A DNA stretch of 61,279 nucleotides, filler included, from Globobulimina sp. (lineage: Eukaryota), in NCBI GenBank assembly GCA_003354225.1. It is 15 parts of 15 records of this genome, joined end to end, with 100 filler letters (N's around TTAATTAATTAA, not from the genome) between each part and the next. Parts side by side here need not be neighbours in the genome. Positions count along the whole stretch, not along the records: positions 24,567 to 28,559 come from PIVH01001773.1; positions 28,660 to 32,652 come from PIVH01001774.1; positions 32,753 to 36,743 come from PIVH01001775.1; 12 more parts are not named here. One strand, written 5' to 3'. Under the pieces are notes generated by a model that was given only the letters and a program-made list of their open reading frames with translations, ran no database searches and was not told the origin of the DNA. The stretch's first letter is position 1, and each line of letters starts with the position of its first letter. A program made the position numbers and the translations under genes. This document shows, one piece after another, positions 25,000 to 36,843 of the stretch.

Positions 25000-27070
25000 G
25001 AAAAACAATCGGTAACATATTCAGTTTTTTGTACTGCATTATAATAAGTATGTGTGGTAACATGTCCTTTTGGAAATTGTTTCAAATGAATCAAATCCAA
25101 GCTTGACTTTAGTTTATTTGCTTCAATCCCATAACTTTTTGCTAATCTTCTAACTTTTACTAAATGTTTATTCAAACCATAGCGTGCCGCACCATCAACT
25201 ACGCACAAACCAGGCAATCCAGGGGTGATAATTGATAAATTTTTATAAGCTCTAAACTCTCTCTTCAAACGAAACTGAAAATATTTTGAATTTGCAAACC
25301 CTCCAACTAAAAATATATATTTTGCATCTTTCATTCTCTTTTGTTTTAATATTTGTTTACAATGCTCAACAATTGGATCTATCACCGAATTAAATAGCAT
25401 CTCCCAGATATCACAATGCATTGAAAATAAATATTTTTCTTTTTTCTTGACAGTCTTATCCTTACTCTTATTTCTAATAACTTTGATCATCCAATCTCTT
25501 TCTTCCCCCTTTTGATTATCATCTATATCGCCTTCATTTTCATCCGTAGCATTTGAAATTACTTCCTGCTGATCTTTAGCTGCTACTTTTTTATATTTTC
25601 TACCAACTTCATGCAATTTCTTATTTAAACGTTGAAAAATTGTGGCAACATCTAAGCAATTATTACCTTGATTTGCTACAAATTCTACAAAATTGGATGG
25701 CATTTGAATGTCGTGATATTCACCACATTCAGAATTTTCGTAAAAAGTTAATTTTGCTTCGTTTGAAAAATGAGATAAAAATGATAAGTATGAGGTTCTT
25801 CCTCTTTTCTGAATCATTTGAAATATGTTTATTAACTGCGATGTAAATAACTCACACAGCAATGTTATAAAACGTTCATCAATGTATGTTGCACCCCATT
25901 TGCCACCTGTTGTCAGTATATATTACATAATGCATTTATGCCAGACAGGACACACAAGTGACAAGACAAAAAAATTAAACTAACCTGATGGGTGAAATAC
26001 TTCAGCAATTTTAAATTTATCCATGATTTCATGGCACGCCACATCGCAAGTACCACCACCGACATCTAATAATATGTATTTATCGCCGCGCTTAAATGAT
26101 ACATCAATATTAATAATCGGCTGTAATGGACGCAAATCATCTTCCTCATCAGAATCATCTCCAGAGTCATTTCTATTTTTATTGTCTCCTTTCATATTTC
26201 TAAAAATAGCATGTTGAATACTGAGGGAAGCACAGTCGGGTTCATAGCAAATTTTCAATTGGTTTTTAACTTTACCATCAACCAAACCAGCCGCGTGTGC
26301 CCATTCTACCATTTTATCCTTGGCGTTATCCGACCAAATTGCTGCAATATATATACAAATATTGGAGAAAATATATTGAGACAAAAATATATATTGACAC
26401 TTACCAGGCACTGTTAAAAAAAATTGAATTTCCGGCCATCCCGTGTCCACATCACCCCGTAATCCAAGCATATTTCTTAAATGGTTCTCTATAAATTCAA
26501 AGGCTTGTTCTTTCAGCCATGATAAATGGGCAATAAATACTATCGATGAATCCTCAGTGATTCCCGAATCATTGGTACTTGCAATTTTCTCTTTTAATTC
26601 AACAAAATCCATTTTAGTTTCTGAAGGCTTCAATTCTGATTTGGTTGCGGGTTCCTCTGTATTTGTACATGATAATGTTGTTTGTTATTGTTTTTATATA
26701 TGATTCAATGTATATTGCATACCATATAAATTCATTTTAAATCTTTCAAATAATTTCCATCCGGTTTTCAATGAATGTATATATAAATCTTGTGCTTTAG
26801 AACCAACACTTACGATATCATTGTCTGCATCAAAAAGGACTGATGTTTTTGGTTTTTGTGTTGCTTCTGTGTCACCCCACATATTGTGAATATAGGCTTT
26901 GCCATCTGGTAAACAATACGCTAAGCCTGATCCATCTGTACCAAAATCAATGCCCACGAACGCTTTAAATTGACTCCTGTTTTAATTATGGCATTTAATA
27001 TAGTGTCGTTTTACAGTGTCTATATTCGAATTAATATATGTAACTTTTCGTCTTCAAATTGCTTTGTCAT
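24972..27070 (-). CDS. HSPA12: Hsp70-12 (HSPA12A/B-like) protein; 4 introns; C-terminus apparently lost at about 25000
   Basis: FVGIDFGTDGSG, LFERFKMNLY, FLTVP|AIWSDNAKDKM..WAHAAGL, YEPDCASL, LLDVGGGTCDVACH, GGKWGATYIDERF, IFLVGGFANSKY. The ORF ends abruptly in DCFS-MSMSMSIN*. Confidence 0.88.
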
Positions 27071-27321
27071 CCTTCAATAATTGCTGCGAAAGTTTTTTTA
27101 CACTCTGAGTTTTATCGAGTATAAGCTTCAGATTTTTATTGGGGTAAGGTATAAGCAAACCGTTTCTGGTGACTGATATTAAAAGGGAAAAAAATATAGG
27201 TTTGCCTTAGGTAGGATGTTGTGACTACATTCTGCAAGCACCAGGAAGGATGTTGTGCCATAAGTGCGAAATTGACAGAAAACTGTAAAGTAAAAGCAAG
27301 TCTTTTAGTAATGTCATTATG

Positions 27322-28467
27322 TCATACAAATTTCACTCGTTTAGGCATTTTGCCATACCACGTGGTCGGTATTTTTTTAATCTGAACAGTGGCATTTGCA
27401 TAATGTATATTACAGTGGGGCACCCAGCCTTGAATGCTATCCTTTGGAATATTCACCATTTTGGCTTCACTGTCATTGCCAGGGATTTTAAATTTTAATT
27501 CCCCGCTATTCAAATCCAATAACATATCAATGACCACTTTGTTTTTGCCACCAAAAAACACGCCCGTCTGAATATCGTATGTACACTGTCCATTCTTATA
27601 CGATTGGTTCGAGCCAGCAATGCCATAAACAGCTTGATTTCCGTAGGAATTATCCGTATATTTTTTGCAATGAGATATTCCCCACAAAAACCAGGATTGA
27701 TGTTGTTTGGTACACCATCTCCAACAATGGATCCCTTTCAAAACCGGTCGATGTGCACCTAACGCATATTTGTGATTCGATTGGATTACTTTTGCGATAT
27801 AACCGTTGTTGTCCAATATCACTGCATCCGATTTGTAGCTTTCATGCCATTTCACTGAGACTATGTTATTTCGATCGGGTGCACAGCGGCAACACGCTAA
27901 GAAATAGCCATTGTTCTGCACTTCGTCCAAAGGGAATTGTGATAAGGAATATGACTGCAAACATTCACAGCATTCAATGGTATCATTTTCTGTGATGAGT
28001 AATTCTGAGATTAATGGCGGGGAATATGTCTGTGGTAAATATTCAGTTTGCGGTTTTAGGTTAGGATCTTTTTTGTATTTATTAAATAATAATGAATAAA
28101 GTTGTTGCTCTCTGCCAAAATATTCAATATCCAATAAATTTAATGCTTTGGTTAATTTTTCCAATGCGGTGCCATTTGGTTTATTTTCTGGATCATTTAC
28201 TTGCAATTTTTGATCAGTGTCTATATGCTTTTGCTCTTCTTTGTTTTCTGTGTCTTTATTTTCTTGCTGTTTAGCTTTTTCTTCAGATTGGAGCTTGTTT
28301 ATATGTGAATCGATTTGTTTTTGTGTGTTGGAGTTTAGTAATAGTGGGAATTGTGAATAGTAAATTTGTTTAATGCGGTTTCTATACACTTCGCGGACAG
28401 TTTTATGGTTTGAGGATTCAAAAATGGATGACCTAAATGGTGAATTATAGACTGAGTAATCATCCAT
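27322..28467 (-). CDS. SPRY/B30.2-domain protein with a CxxC..CxxC motif; start uncertain
   Basis: VLKGIHCWRW, WFLWGIS, VIDMLLDLNSGELKF and GWVPHCNI are typical of SPRY-like beta-sandwiches; CCEC...CCRC lies upstream. Confidence 0.7.
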   Translation of the reverse strand: MDDYSVYNSPFRSSIFESSNHKTVREVYRNRIKQIYYSQFPLLLNSNTQKQIDSHINKLQSEEKAKQQENKDTENKEEQKHIDTDQKLQVNDPENKPNGTALEKLTKALNLLDIEYFGREQQLYSLLFNKYKKDPNLKPQTEYLPQTYSPPLISELLITENDTIECCECLQSYSLSQFPLDEVQNNGYFLACCRCAPDRNNIVSVKWHESYKSDAVILDNNGYIAKVIQSNHKYALGAHRPVLKGIHCWRWCTKQHQSWFLWGISHCKKYTDNSYGNQAVYGIAGSNQSYKNGQCTYDIQTGVFFGGKNKVVIDMLLDLNSGELKFKIPGNDSEAKMVNIPKDSIQGWVPHCNIHYANATVQIKKIPTTWYGKMPKRVKFV

Positions 28468-28659
28468 GGCAGTGCAGCCACAAAGTAAAAGTTTTTTTTT
28501 TTTACATTTTGGGAAGAAAAAACAAAATGCTTTAGATTAGTTTTTAATTTGTTGTGCCANNNNNNNNNNNNNNNNNNNNNNNNNNNNNNNNNNNNNNNNN
28601 NNNTTAATTAATTAANNNNNNNNNNNNNNNNNNNNNNNNNNNNNNNNNNNNNNNNNNNN

Positions 28660-30115
28660 CCAAACATTGATATACCCAAACTAGAAACAAATGACCCCAA
28701 TTCCTGCAAAAGGTTAATAATATAGATGGCAATGCCAAAGACCCAAACATGTTCATTGTTGCCTTAACAACTTTCTTTGCCATGCAAACAATTGGGAGTA
28801 CGAATTTTGCTCGAGGACAAACGTAAATTAATGTTATTTTTTTGTTATATTTTTTTGTTATATTTTTTTGTTATATTTTTTTGTTATATAGAAAATATAC
28901 CTTATCATCGGATGTAAATCTTGCGGCAACACTAAAAAATGAAAGGCAAATCGATGATACTATTAACCACGACCAATCCCCTGTTTCTACCACATAAACC
29001 AACTGCAATCTGTAAAAAATTTATAATATAATTAATATGTATTTGTTGGAGAAGATACAGACACACAGTGATTGCGGAGCACTCTCAAATATGGCTTCGA
29101 ATTTCTGTAACCTGTATATATTTTACGCCAGCACGAAATGATTATTTTGCTTGCGATTCATTAATTTTTTTGTGCAAATGTACACATCTTTGAAATGCAT
29201 TTAGTCATTGACTCATTGTGTGCAACAGTGCCTATGCTAATATTATCAATGCATATCTCAGATGATATCTCAATTCGTTTCTCAATGCATATCTCAAAAC
29301 TATCTGAATGATATCTGCTGGAAAATACATTTTCAAAGATTTGCAGACATTTGCACAAAATCTGTGATTGAAATATATGAATCTAAATCTATACCATCGT
29401 TGTAAATTGCCAGCTTCTTCGCGTCCCAATTTATGCGAAATATATATAACGTGATATATCTCTAAATCCCAAAACTGAATGAATGCTCTTTTAAATTTGC
29501 CAGTAAACTGAATATTAATTATCTCAAGATAACTAACTCAAAAACAGTACGTGCGTCAAAAATGTTATATTTTAGGATTGTTTACATTAATTATAAAAGA
29601 GTCCTTACCTCATACACAAATCCAGCAGAAATAAATCGATATAATAAAAATGCCACAACCGATGATGCAAACAAGCCCATCATATTTACTCCGCGCGCAT
29701 TATCTTCGGGCCCACCATTCTTTTCCTTAAACGCCTGTGTTCCCCTTTATGTGTAATATGTATTTGAATGAAGGCAAACAAAAGTAAAACATCATAACAA
29801 CATCGGTTCCTAAATAAACAAGAAACGTACATTATCATTTATGTTATTCGGTTATTGATTATGTGCAATATATTTATTTATACCTATATCATAAATATGA
29901 ACCAAAGCACTCAAATATATTGATTTCATTTTCCATACTAATTGCATCCAAGCTACATATTTTTTGCATCCTTTATAATTTTTAGCTTTATCGTCTCTTT
30001 TCATTCTTTTCCAACCATAAATGCAAACGACAATAAATAATATCAACGAAACCATCGAATAAACAATCGATGCGATGATGGATGATGTAAATTCAAACCC
30101 AAATACTTTAACCAT
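28660..30115 (-). CDS. Second XK-related membrane protein; multi-exon; 3' partial
   Basis: KSIYLSALVHIYDIG|TD, GLFASSVVAFLLYRFISA, GNLQRW|LQKFEAIFESAPQSL|LQ; clearly paralogous to 4098-6322. One exon boundary near 29745-29790 is uncertain. Confidence 0.72.
29168..29360. mobile_element. MITE-like element with imperfect ~35-bp terminal inverted repeats inside a 283-nt intron
   Basis: Left TTTTGTGCAAATGT-ACAC-ATCTTTGAAA; reverse complement of the right end TTTTGTGCAAATGT-CTGCAA-ATCTTTGAAA. Internal ATATCTC repeats. The intron (29112-29394) is 3-5 times the usual length here. Confidence 0.55.
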
Positions 30116-30255
30116 CGTTGCTATGTTGGTTTAATAGCTAACTGTATTTAAGAAGATATGGTTTTTTTGAGAAGATGGCACAGCAAGCAAAGTGAGTAAA
30201 ATTCGTAAGTTGCGTAATCTATAAAGTCTGATTTACAAATAGAAAACACAAAAAA

Positions 30256-31847
30256 CTAATGGAATCTGCCAAAAATAACGCTTAAAACCGTCATATTTAA
30301 GTCATTGCAAATATTCTTTTTCCTTTTTGTTTGTTTTTTCTGCTGTTTAACAGTAATAACTCCTGGACATTGCCTGATAGCCATAAATAATGAGAGACTT
30401 GTTGAAAATACAAGTATCGGAATGATATCATGTGACAATATTGTAAACCGATCAGGAATATGATTTATAATAATTTCAACAGCTCTCGGTATGACATAAA
30501 GAACAATTTCGCCTCTCCGCGATGGATGTTCAATAAAAATGGCCAATCCCGCCGCAATCCCACCACTCATCGACAAGTAACCAATGTCCGAACCAATCAG
30601 TTTCCTTCCAATGCACTCTGTTAATTTCATATTAAATTGATATGTTGTTAGAAACAATGACGATCGCAATGTATTTACAAATTTGATTTTAAAATAATAC
30701 CATGGCTGCGCCATTATCTTTTTAGGCGTCAATAAGATTGCAGGCAACCAATGTACTGGAATATATATCTGCGCTGCTCGGAATATTCCATAACACCAAT
30801 CAGTACAATGTTCGACATAACAATTTGTATATCTTTCGTGGAAGATCGGGTTACAACTTAACAATGGATAGTCATCATAATCCGTATCAGTTCTCGGATA
30901 CCGCATAAAGATACGCAATATTCGCATTTGTAATTGACTCAAAGAACCCATTGTTAATATCCATTGGAAATATGTTTTATTCATTGAGGAGGGTTCGTGC
31001 ATAAATGCGTACATTATGGGTATCTGGAATATGACAAAAACGATGCTCTCAAAGTGATTTATTTTCAAAAATAATTTATTCATTTTGCCTAAAACACGCA
31101 ATAAGTCGCTAATGGCTCGAACAATACAAAATAACGCCACTGTGTTGCGTGTGGATTTATTTTTGATCAGTTTTAATGATAAAAATCCGGCTATAAATCC
31201 GCTCAAAGCCGGATAGATATATTTATCCAAGTTATTCTCATAGACATTGTTTCTCGATCTCAATTTGTTGATTAGTCTTCGAAATATAAAACATAAAGAA
31301 AATTTATAGGTGAATGATAAAATGGTTAATCCCAATGCAAATCGTAAGGAATTTAAATTAAAATAGATAGACCGGAAAAACTCTTTTAATTTAAGCGTTT
31401 TTATATTGTTTATATTGATTTTCTTATATTGTATTTGGAATATAGTTGAAAATAATGACCATGTGGTATGCGTAATATATCCAGCAGCAAATGTGCGAAC
31501 TACTCCGCGTGCCCAACAATTCTAATATTAATTGTATGCATATTATAATGGAATATATGTAGTGTGTCAATGTATGTGTGGTTAACTTGAAAACATGGAT
31601 GTCTGTGCCTGCAATGTAATGTATTTGATATCATCCACGAAGGCGCTGATTCATTAACACTTGATATTGATGATAATGAGGGCGAACGTGAGATGTAATC
31701 ATATTCATTAACATCGACAAATTTATCAGCAAAAACACGCAGTTGGGATTCTAATGATTGTGTTGCTGCTTTTGCTTTTGAACTGAGAATTGGTGACGAA
31801 TATGAACGGTGTATTTGTGGTTTCTTCTGCGGTGGTTTATCGTCCAT
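30256..31847 (-). CDS. TMEM135: TMEM135/PMP52-like membrane protein; 1 intron
   Basis: ALSGFIAG, ALFCIVRA, IMYAFMHEPSSM...YFQWI, IYIPVHWLP, RSSLFL, AIFIEHPSRRGEIVLYVIPRA. Confidence 0.82.
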
Positions 31848-31945
31848 AATGATTAATCGAATAACTACTAAAAAGTCAAAAACTGTTTTTTTTTTTACAT
31901 TTGATTTAATAATAAGAGAGAACAGAAGCCAAACAAAAGATAAAA

Positions 31946-32638
31946 ATGCCTTTATTCGGAGGCGACCCCGTCGCTAAAATGCAAAAGCAATTATTTAATT
32001 TAAAATTTACAGCCAAATCATTGACGCGAGAGTCCATCAAATGTGAAAAACAAGTAAAACAAAACAAAAAGAAATGTAAAAAAGCAATGGAGAAAGGAAA
32101 CATAGAAGGCGCACGTATTTATGCTGAAAACTCAATAAGACTTCATAATCAATCCTTAAATTATTTAAAATTATCCTCGAGAATTGATGCAGTGGCAGCG
32201 AGAGTAAATACAGCCGTACAAATGGGCCGATTGACAAATCAGATGGGCAAAATTGTAGGGTCTATGAGTTCTGTCATGAAATCTATGGACGTTGAAAAGG
32301 TATGAATGGTGTCCTTTGTATGTGCGATTTTGCGCATTTGTTATTTTCTATTGTTGCAGATATCGACTGTAATGGATAAATTTGAACAACAATTCGAAGA
32401 TTTGGATCTAACCTCTCAATATATGGAGTCCGCCATAGACTCAACAACCTCCGCAACAATGCCAGAGTCTCAGGTTGAAAATTTAATGGCACAAATCGCG
32501 GATGAAAGTGGCTTAGAATTCCAGTCCCAAATTGACGATATTGGTGTTGGTAAATCTCAGTTAAAATCTGCTGCACAAAATGATAAAGGAAAAGATAATG
32601 AGTTAGAAGAACGATTAAAAAAATTGCAAGGAATTTAG
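31946..32638 (+). CDS. CHMP1: ESCRT-III subunit CHMP1/Did2/Vps46; intron 32300-32359
   Basis: LFNLKFTAKSL.RE..KCEK, GNIEGARIYAENSIR, SSRIDAVAARV.TAV.M, MDKFEQQFEDLD, C-terminal MIM1 LEERLKKL. Confidence 0.95.
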
Positions 32639-32752
32639 ATTTTTTATGTTTANNNNNNNNNNNNNNNNNNNNNNNNNNNNNNNNNNNNNNNNNNNNTTAA
32701 TTAATTAANNNNNNNNNNNNNNNNNNNNNNNNNNNNNNNNNNNNNNNNNNNN

Positions 32753-32967
32753 GCACTGAATATTGCCTGTCCGTTACTGTTTTCCTGTTTTGTGTTATTT
32801 AAGCTTTCGTAATACATCAACGCTTTCATCACTCTTTGGACTGATTTGCATTCATTTACTACGCAGTTATTGCTGTCATTGATCTCTGTGTTTAAAAAAA
32901 AATTAAAATCAATGCTTGGTTTGCTTGCGGTATTTGTTTGTTGTTGTTGTTGATTCTGAGTATCCAT
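32753..32967 (-). CDS. N-terminal fragment, likely of the same family as the large proteins at 36844-39897 and 41056-44641
   Basis: CVVNECKSVQRVMKALMYY resembles the C..I..I...L..Y segments of those proteins; cut by the contig end. Confidence 0.4.
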
Positions 32968-33496
32968 CACGAATTAGTCCGTGGTCAAACGAATGAGTGA
33001 CTAAATAGAAAATTATTTCTTTTGTATACTTGATATATCTAAAACTGGTGAATGTGGATAGGGTTTATATCACCACAACAAATGGTATGTGTTTCTTATG
33101 CAATACTAATTCTTTCACCTTTCGATCGCTAATAATGTACAATAACAATAAGAAAATCAAAATGGAGACAACAACGGTGTATTGCTAGAAATTACATGTG
33201 ATTTAATATTATAAACTTGTCATTTAATGGTATTGCTCGCATTATCGCACAAAGCAAAGGGATGGATTGCATAAGAAACTCGTCCGTCATGATCAGTGAT
33301 GAATACTGATGATATATAAATCCTATGCATCACCAAGTTTTGAATCGAAATTAATTTCAGTGCATGATCGGTATCTGATTTTGTCTGCGGTTTAGGTATC
33401 ATACCAGTATCAACTGTCAAGGAGGGATGCTTTCAACTACAATCCTGGCGGAATGAAAAAAAGAAAATTAAGTGAGTTATAAACTCCTAATATTTG

Positions 33497-35011
33497 CTAT
33501 TTGTTATTTCCTGTTAATTCTGAAAATGTGTGATCTACAGTCAAATTGTTATCATTATAACAACCTTTCGCAGTGCCAGCCATTGAAGAATGCGATAAAT
33601 GAATATATTTTTTCTCGTTCAAATCTTGCTTATCAATTTTATTTGGATTGTGAAGGAATTTTAATTCTTTTCCATTTAAAATGTTATCAAACAGATATTT
33701 ATCATAATACCATAACAAAATGACCCACACAAAATTATTGACAGACAAAAGTAAATAAAAATATGTCACATATTTATATTTACCATCCTCCGAATCATCC
33801 TTTGTTATTAAGCCAACAACAACAAATAACGAAGCACGTAAACCATTATCAATGGATCCAAACACTCCCAACGCAGTGGCTAAATATTTTCGTTTCACAA
33901 TCAACGCAAACGACGGCCAAACAATAGCAGCGAAAATGGAAAAAGCGAGACCTAAAAAAATTAATCCTGTAATTGGCATTAAATAATATTCATCGCTAAA
34001 ACTAAAATATAAACTATTTACATATCCCAATACCAAATGGCCAAATAGTGTAAATATCGCAGATACGAACAAGAGTTGACATCTATGCCCAAATCTGTCC
34101 ACAATATATCCAAATACAGGCGTCATGACAGCTGCAGTGTAATATGGTATGCTCACCAAATTCGACGATATTTTATACGTTTGGCCATATTGAAAGGCAA
34201 CATACGAAGCACCCACTGTACTAAAACATAAATAACTGTCATAAAAAGAACATAACGCAAAGCCCAAAAACAACACTCTTTTATCAAATTGGCCATTCCA
34301 TATTGCATTCAAATGTATTTCCCGTTTTTGTGTCAGCTTTGTCAGTAAAATCGATGCTTCTTCACCTTTATTTTTATAGTTATCAATCTGTTTAGTTTTG
34401 CACTTGTTACAAGTTATAAATATTAGCAATAAACAAAATGAGATGTAAACTAATATAGTTCCAACGGATAAAACAGCAATGATCCGATTTGAGATAATTC
34501 CATTATGCTTTTCGTATAAAAAGGGTGAGATATTTGATTGTGTGGCGGACGCGATGCGGGATAAAGATAATGATATTCCTGATGCCAATGAATATTCATT
34601 ACCGCGGAAATAATCAAATAATAATATTTTGCGTGCAGTGTGAAACGTTTCTGTACCACAACCGAACAAACCACGACCAATTAACATGAAGGGATATGAG
34701 CCGTTGCCAAAGAATGACAAAATCCAAATGGTTTGGCCAACTAAAATGATAAAATAAAATATCAATGAGGATGTATATAAACCAAATAAGTCTATAATCA
34801 TACTACTTATTAACGGCATTATAGCGTTTGGGTATGCATAAACTGAATATAACCAACTATATTGCCAGGAACTTAATCCATAATCATCTTGTAATGGCTC
34901 TTGAATCGCAAATGGATTGTTGGAGCAATACATGAATGAATAGATCAAAATACAGAGCAGTAACAACACCATCCAGCGAGCTTTGCCGCTTGTATTTGCT
35001 GTCATGTACAT
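33497..35011 (-). CDS. Major facilitator superfamily transporter, MFSD1-like; intronless
   Basis: YSWLYSVYAYPNAIMPL..MIIDLFG, MLIGRGLFGCGTE, SIPY..AAVMTPVFGYIVDRFGHR, IVWPSFALIV..ATALG; about 12 TM helices. Confidence 0.85.
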   Translation of the reverse strand: MYMTANTSGKARWMVLLLLCILIYSFMYCSNNPFAIQEPLQDDYGLSSWQYSWLYSVYAYPNAIMPLISSMIIDLFGLYTSSLIFYFIILVGQTIWILSFFGNGSYPFMLIGRGLFGCGTETFHTARKILLFDYFRGNEYSLASGISLSLSRIASATQSNISPFLYEKHNGIISNRIIAVLSVGTILVYISFCLLLIFITCNKCKTKQIDNYKNKGEEASILLTKLTQKREIHLNAIWNGQFDKRVLFLGFALCSFYDSYLCFSTVGASYVAFQYGQTYKISSNLVSIPYYTAAVMTPVFGYIVDRFGHRCQLLFVSAIFTLFGHLVLGYVNSLYFSFSDEYYLMPITGLIFLGLAFSIFAAIVWPSFALIVKRKYLATALGVFGSIDNGLRASLFVVVGLITKDDSEDGKYKYVTYFYLLLSVNNFVWVILLWYYDKYLFDNILNGKELKFLHNPNKIDKQDLNEKKYIHLSHSSMAGTAKGCYNDNNLTVDHTFSELTGNNK

Positions 35012-35051
35012 CTTTAATAACTCAAAGCAGACGTTTTTTGTTCCTAAAAGC

Positions 35052-36285
35052 ATGGTCTCCCTCTATTTATTGCTTGCGTGTTCAAATGGTATTTGTACCC
35101 TCTTTTATATGCGTCACAATACATACAAAACACTGTACAAATTTAAATCAAATCTATATTAACATAGTATACAGAATTGGTGCCTATGCCGCCAATCAAA
35201 ATGAAGCCCATTTGATTCAAAATGAATTTGATTTTTATAATGATAACAACTATGATCACGATGAATATTATTCTGATTATTCTGATTATACACATGATAC
35301 CAAAGAACCTTATATCCGGCTCTTGAAAGAACTGAAAGAGTCTCAAATTAATCGCAAAAAAAAAATCCAAATTACAATTCAACCTCAAGCCATGGGAGCG
35401 ATGGAAGCCATGGAAGCTGAGCCAGCTCCATTTATTCCCGCAATGCGCAAACATCAAGAAAGAAATATCGATTCTTGCGTAAAAGGCAGCGAACGCATCG
35501 AGTTGGAGCCAATAATGGAATTTATGAGTGCGAAACCTATTTATTTCCAGCAGCAACAAAACAATATGTATGGAGGGAGCGGTGCGTATACTTTGAATAA
35601 TTTGTGGCAAATGAAGGTGTTCTCGATGCAAACAATGAATATGACGGCGCACTGTTTAGTAAAAATGGGCAAAGCAGAGATGATGCGTAGTATCGTAGCA
35701 CAGGAACAGAAATTGGCGTTGTCTGTGCCTTACACTCCGGACGATATTAAACAGAGAGAAGATGAGATTGAAGAGATTGAGGCGGGGAAAAGAGATGTAG
35801 CACTTTTCTCAGTTTTTTCATTGGGATTGCAAGCCTTTGATGGCGGTGCGTACAGTCATGCCGTCGTTGAACGGGCATTAAACAATGCTGGCTACGATTT
35901 GTTGCAGTTAAATATCAAAATTGTGGAAGACGAGCGTGAGAAACGTACGCTTTATCTGGATAACGGTCATCCGAATGGACCGATGGAGCTTTGTCGTGAA
36001 GTTAATGATGAATTGGAAGGAGGAAAGAAACAAATATTCGAATCTGGATATAAATGGCTGAGGGAATTATTGCATTCTGGGCATTTTTTAGGATTTATGC
36101 AGAATGCAAAAGGAAATCGGTGGACAGCAATTCGACCGATTCAAAGTGGCAGAACTTTGAGATGGTATTATTTTAATGGCTTGAAAGCAAAACCGAAAAG
36201 AATATCCGCTGCCACTGTTTTGAAATTTGTTATTGATATTGGTAAAAATAAAGGTTATAATGGTATTGTTATAGAAGGATATTAG
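35052..36285 (+). CDS. Josephin (ataxin-3/MJD) fold protein lacking catalytic Cys and His; possible signal peptide
   Basis: IYFQQQ..GGSGAYTLNNLWQ aligns with IFHEKQ..LCAQHCLNNLLQ; GAYSHAVVERAL with GFFSIQVISNAL; NRWTAIR..WYYFNGL..P with EHWFTVR..WFNLNSL..P. The first exon (ATG 35052) is inferred. Confidence 0.68.
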
Positions 36286-36408
36286 TTGGACGTAATTGTG
36301 GTTTTTTTTTTATTTTTTTTTGTTTACTCATATTATAATTTTTTTGTACGTTTAATTTATTTTTCAATTTACTTTTTTTTTCATTAAATCACATTTGATT
36401 TTTTAGGT

Positions 36409-36522
36409 TCACTTCTTTCAAATTGGACAGAACAGATTGAAGAGTATGGCCGGGGTTATGTAATTATGATATTTGTTGGATGTAAAGCTGATCTATCTGT
36501 AGATAGTCGGGAAATCTGTTGA
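36409..36522 (+). pseudogene. Orphan Rab/Ras-family GTPase fragment (G4 region)
   Basis: Translates NWTEQIEEYGRGYVIMIFVGCKADLSVDSREIC*, matching W..EI.......V..ILVGNKxDL...R.V. It follows a polypyrimidine/AG acceptor, and no G1-G3 exons are visible upstream. Confidence 0.55.
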
Positions 36523-36613
36523 ACAAAAAGCAAGACACATGATGGAGCGAACTCTACGGCAGACTTTTATAAAATAGATTTTTCAAGTCAGACTTCAGTT
36601 CAACTCAGCAAAC

Positions 36614-36743
36614 ATGGAAAGCATAATAAGTCAAACTTTAATAACAATATTATTGAGTTCTCAACCAGTATTCTCGACAAATCTTTGCCTCTATGGCAGA
36701 GTTGGCCTAAACTCAATAATAAACGGACTTTATATTGAGGAAA
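36614..36743 (+). CDS. N-terminal fragment of a probable secreted protein
   Basis: MESIISQTLITILLSSQPVFS is signal-peptide-like and the frame is open to the contig end. Confidence 0.35.
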
Positions 36744-36843
36744 NNNNNNNNNNNNNNNNNNNNNNNNNNNNNNNNNNNNNNNNNNNNTTAATTAATTAAN
36801 NNNNNNNNNNNNNNNNNNNNNNNNNNNNNNNNNNNNNNNNNNN

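Noticed and set aside
28836-28888. Tandem TTTTTTTGTTATA repeat (about 4 copies)
   Set aside because: Simple intronic minisatellite with no spacers; not CRISPR-like.
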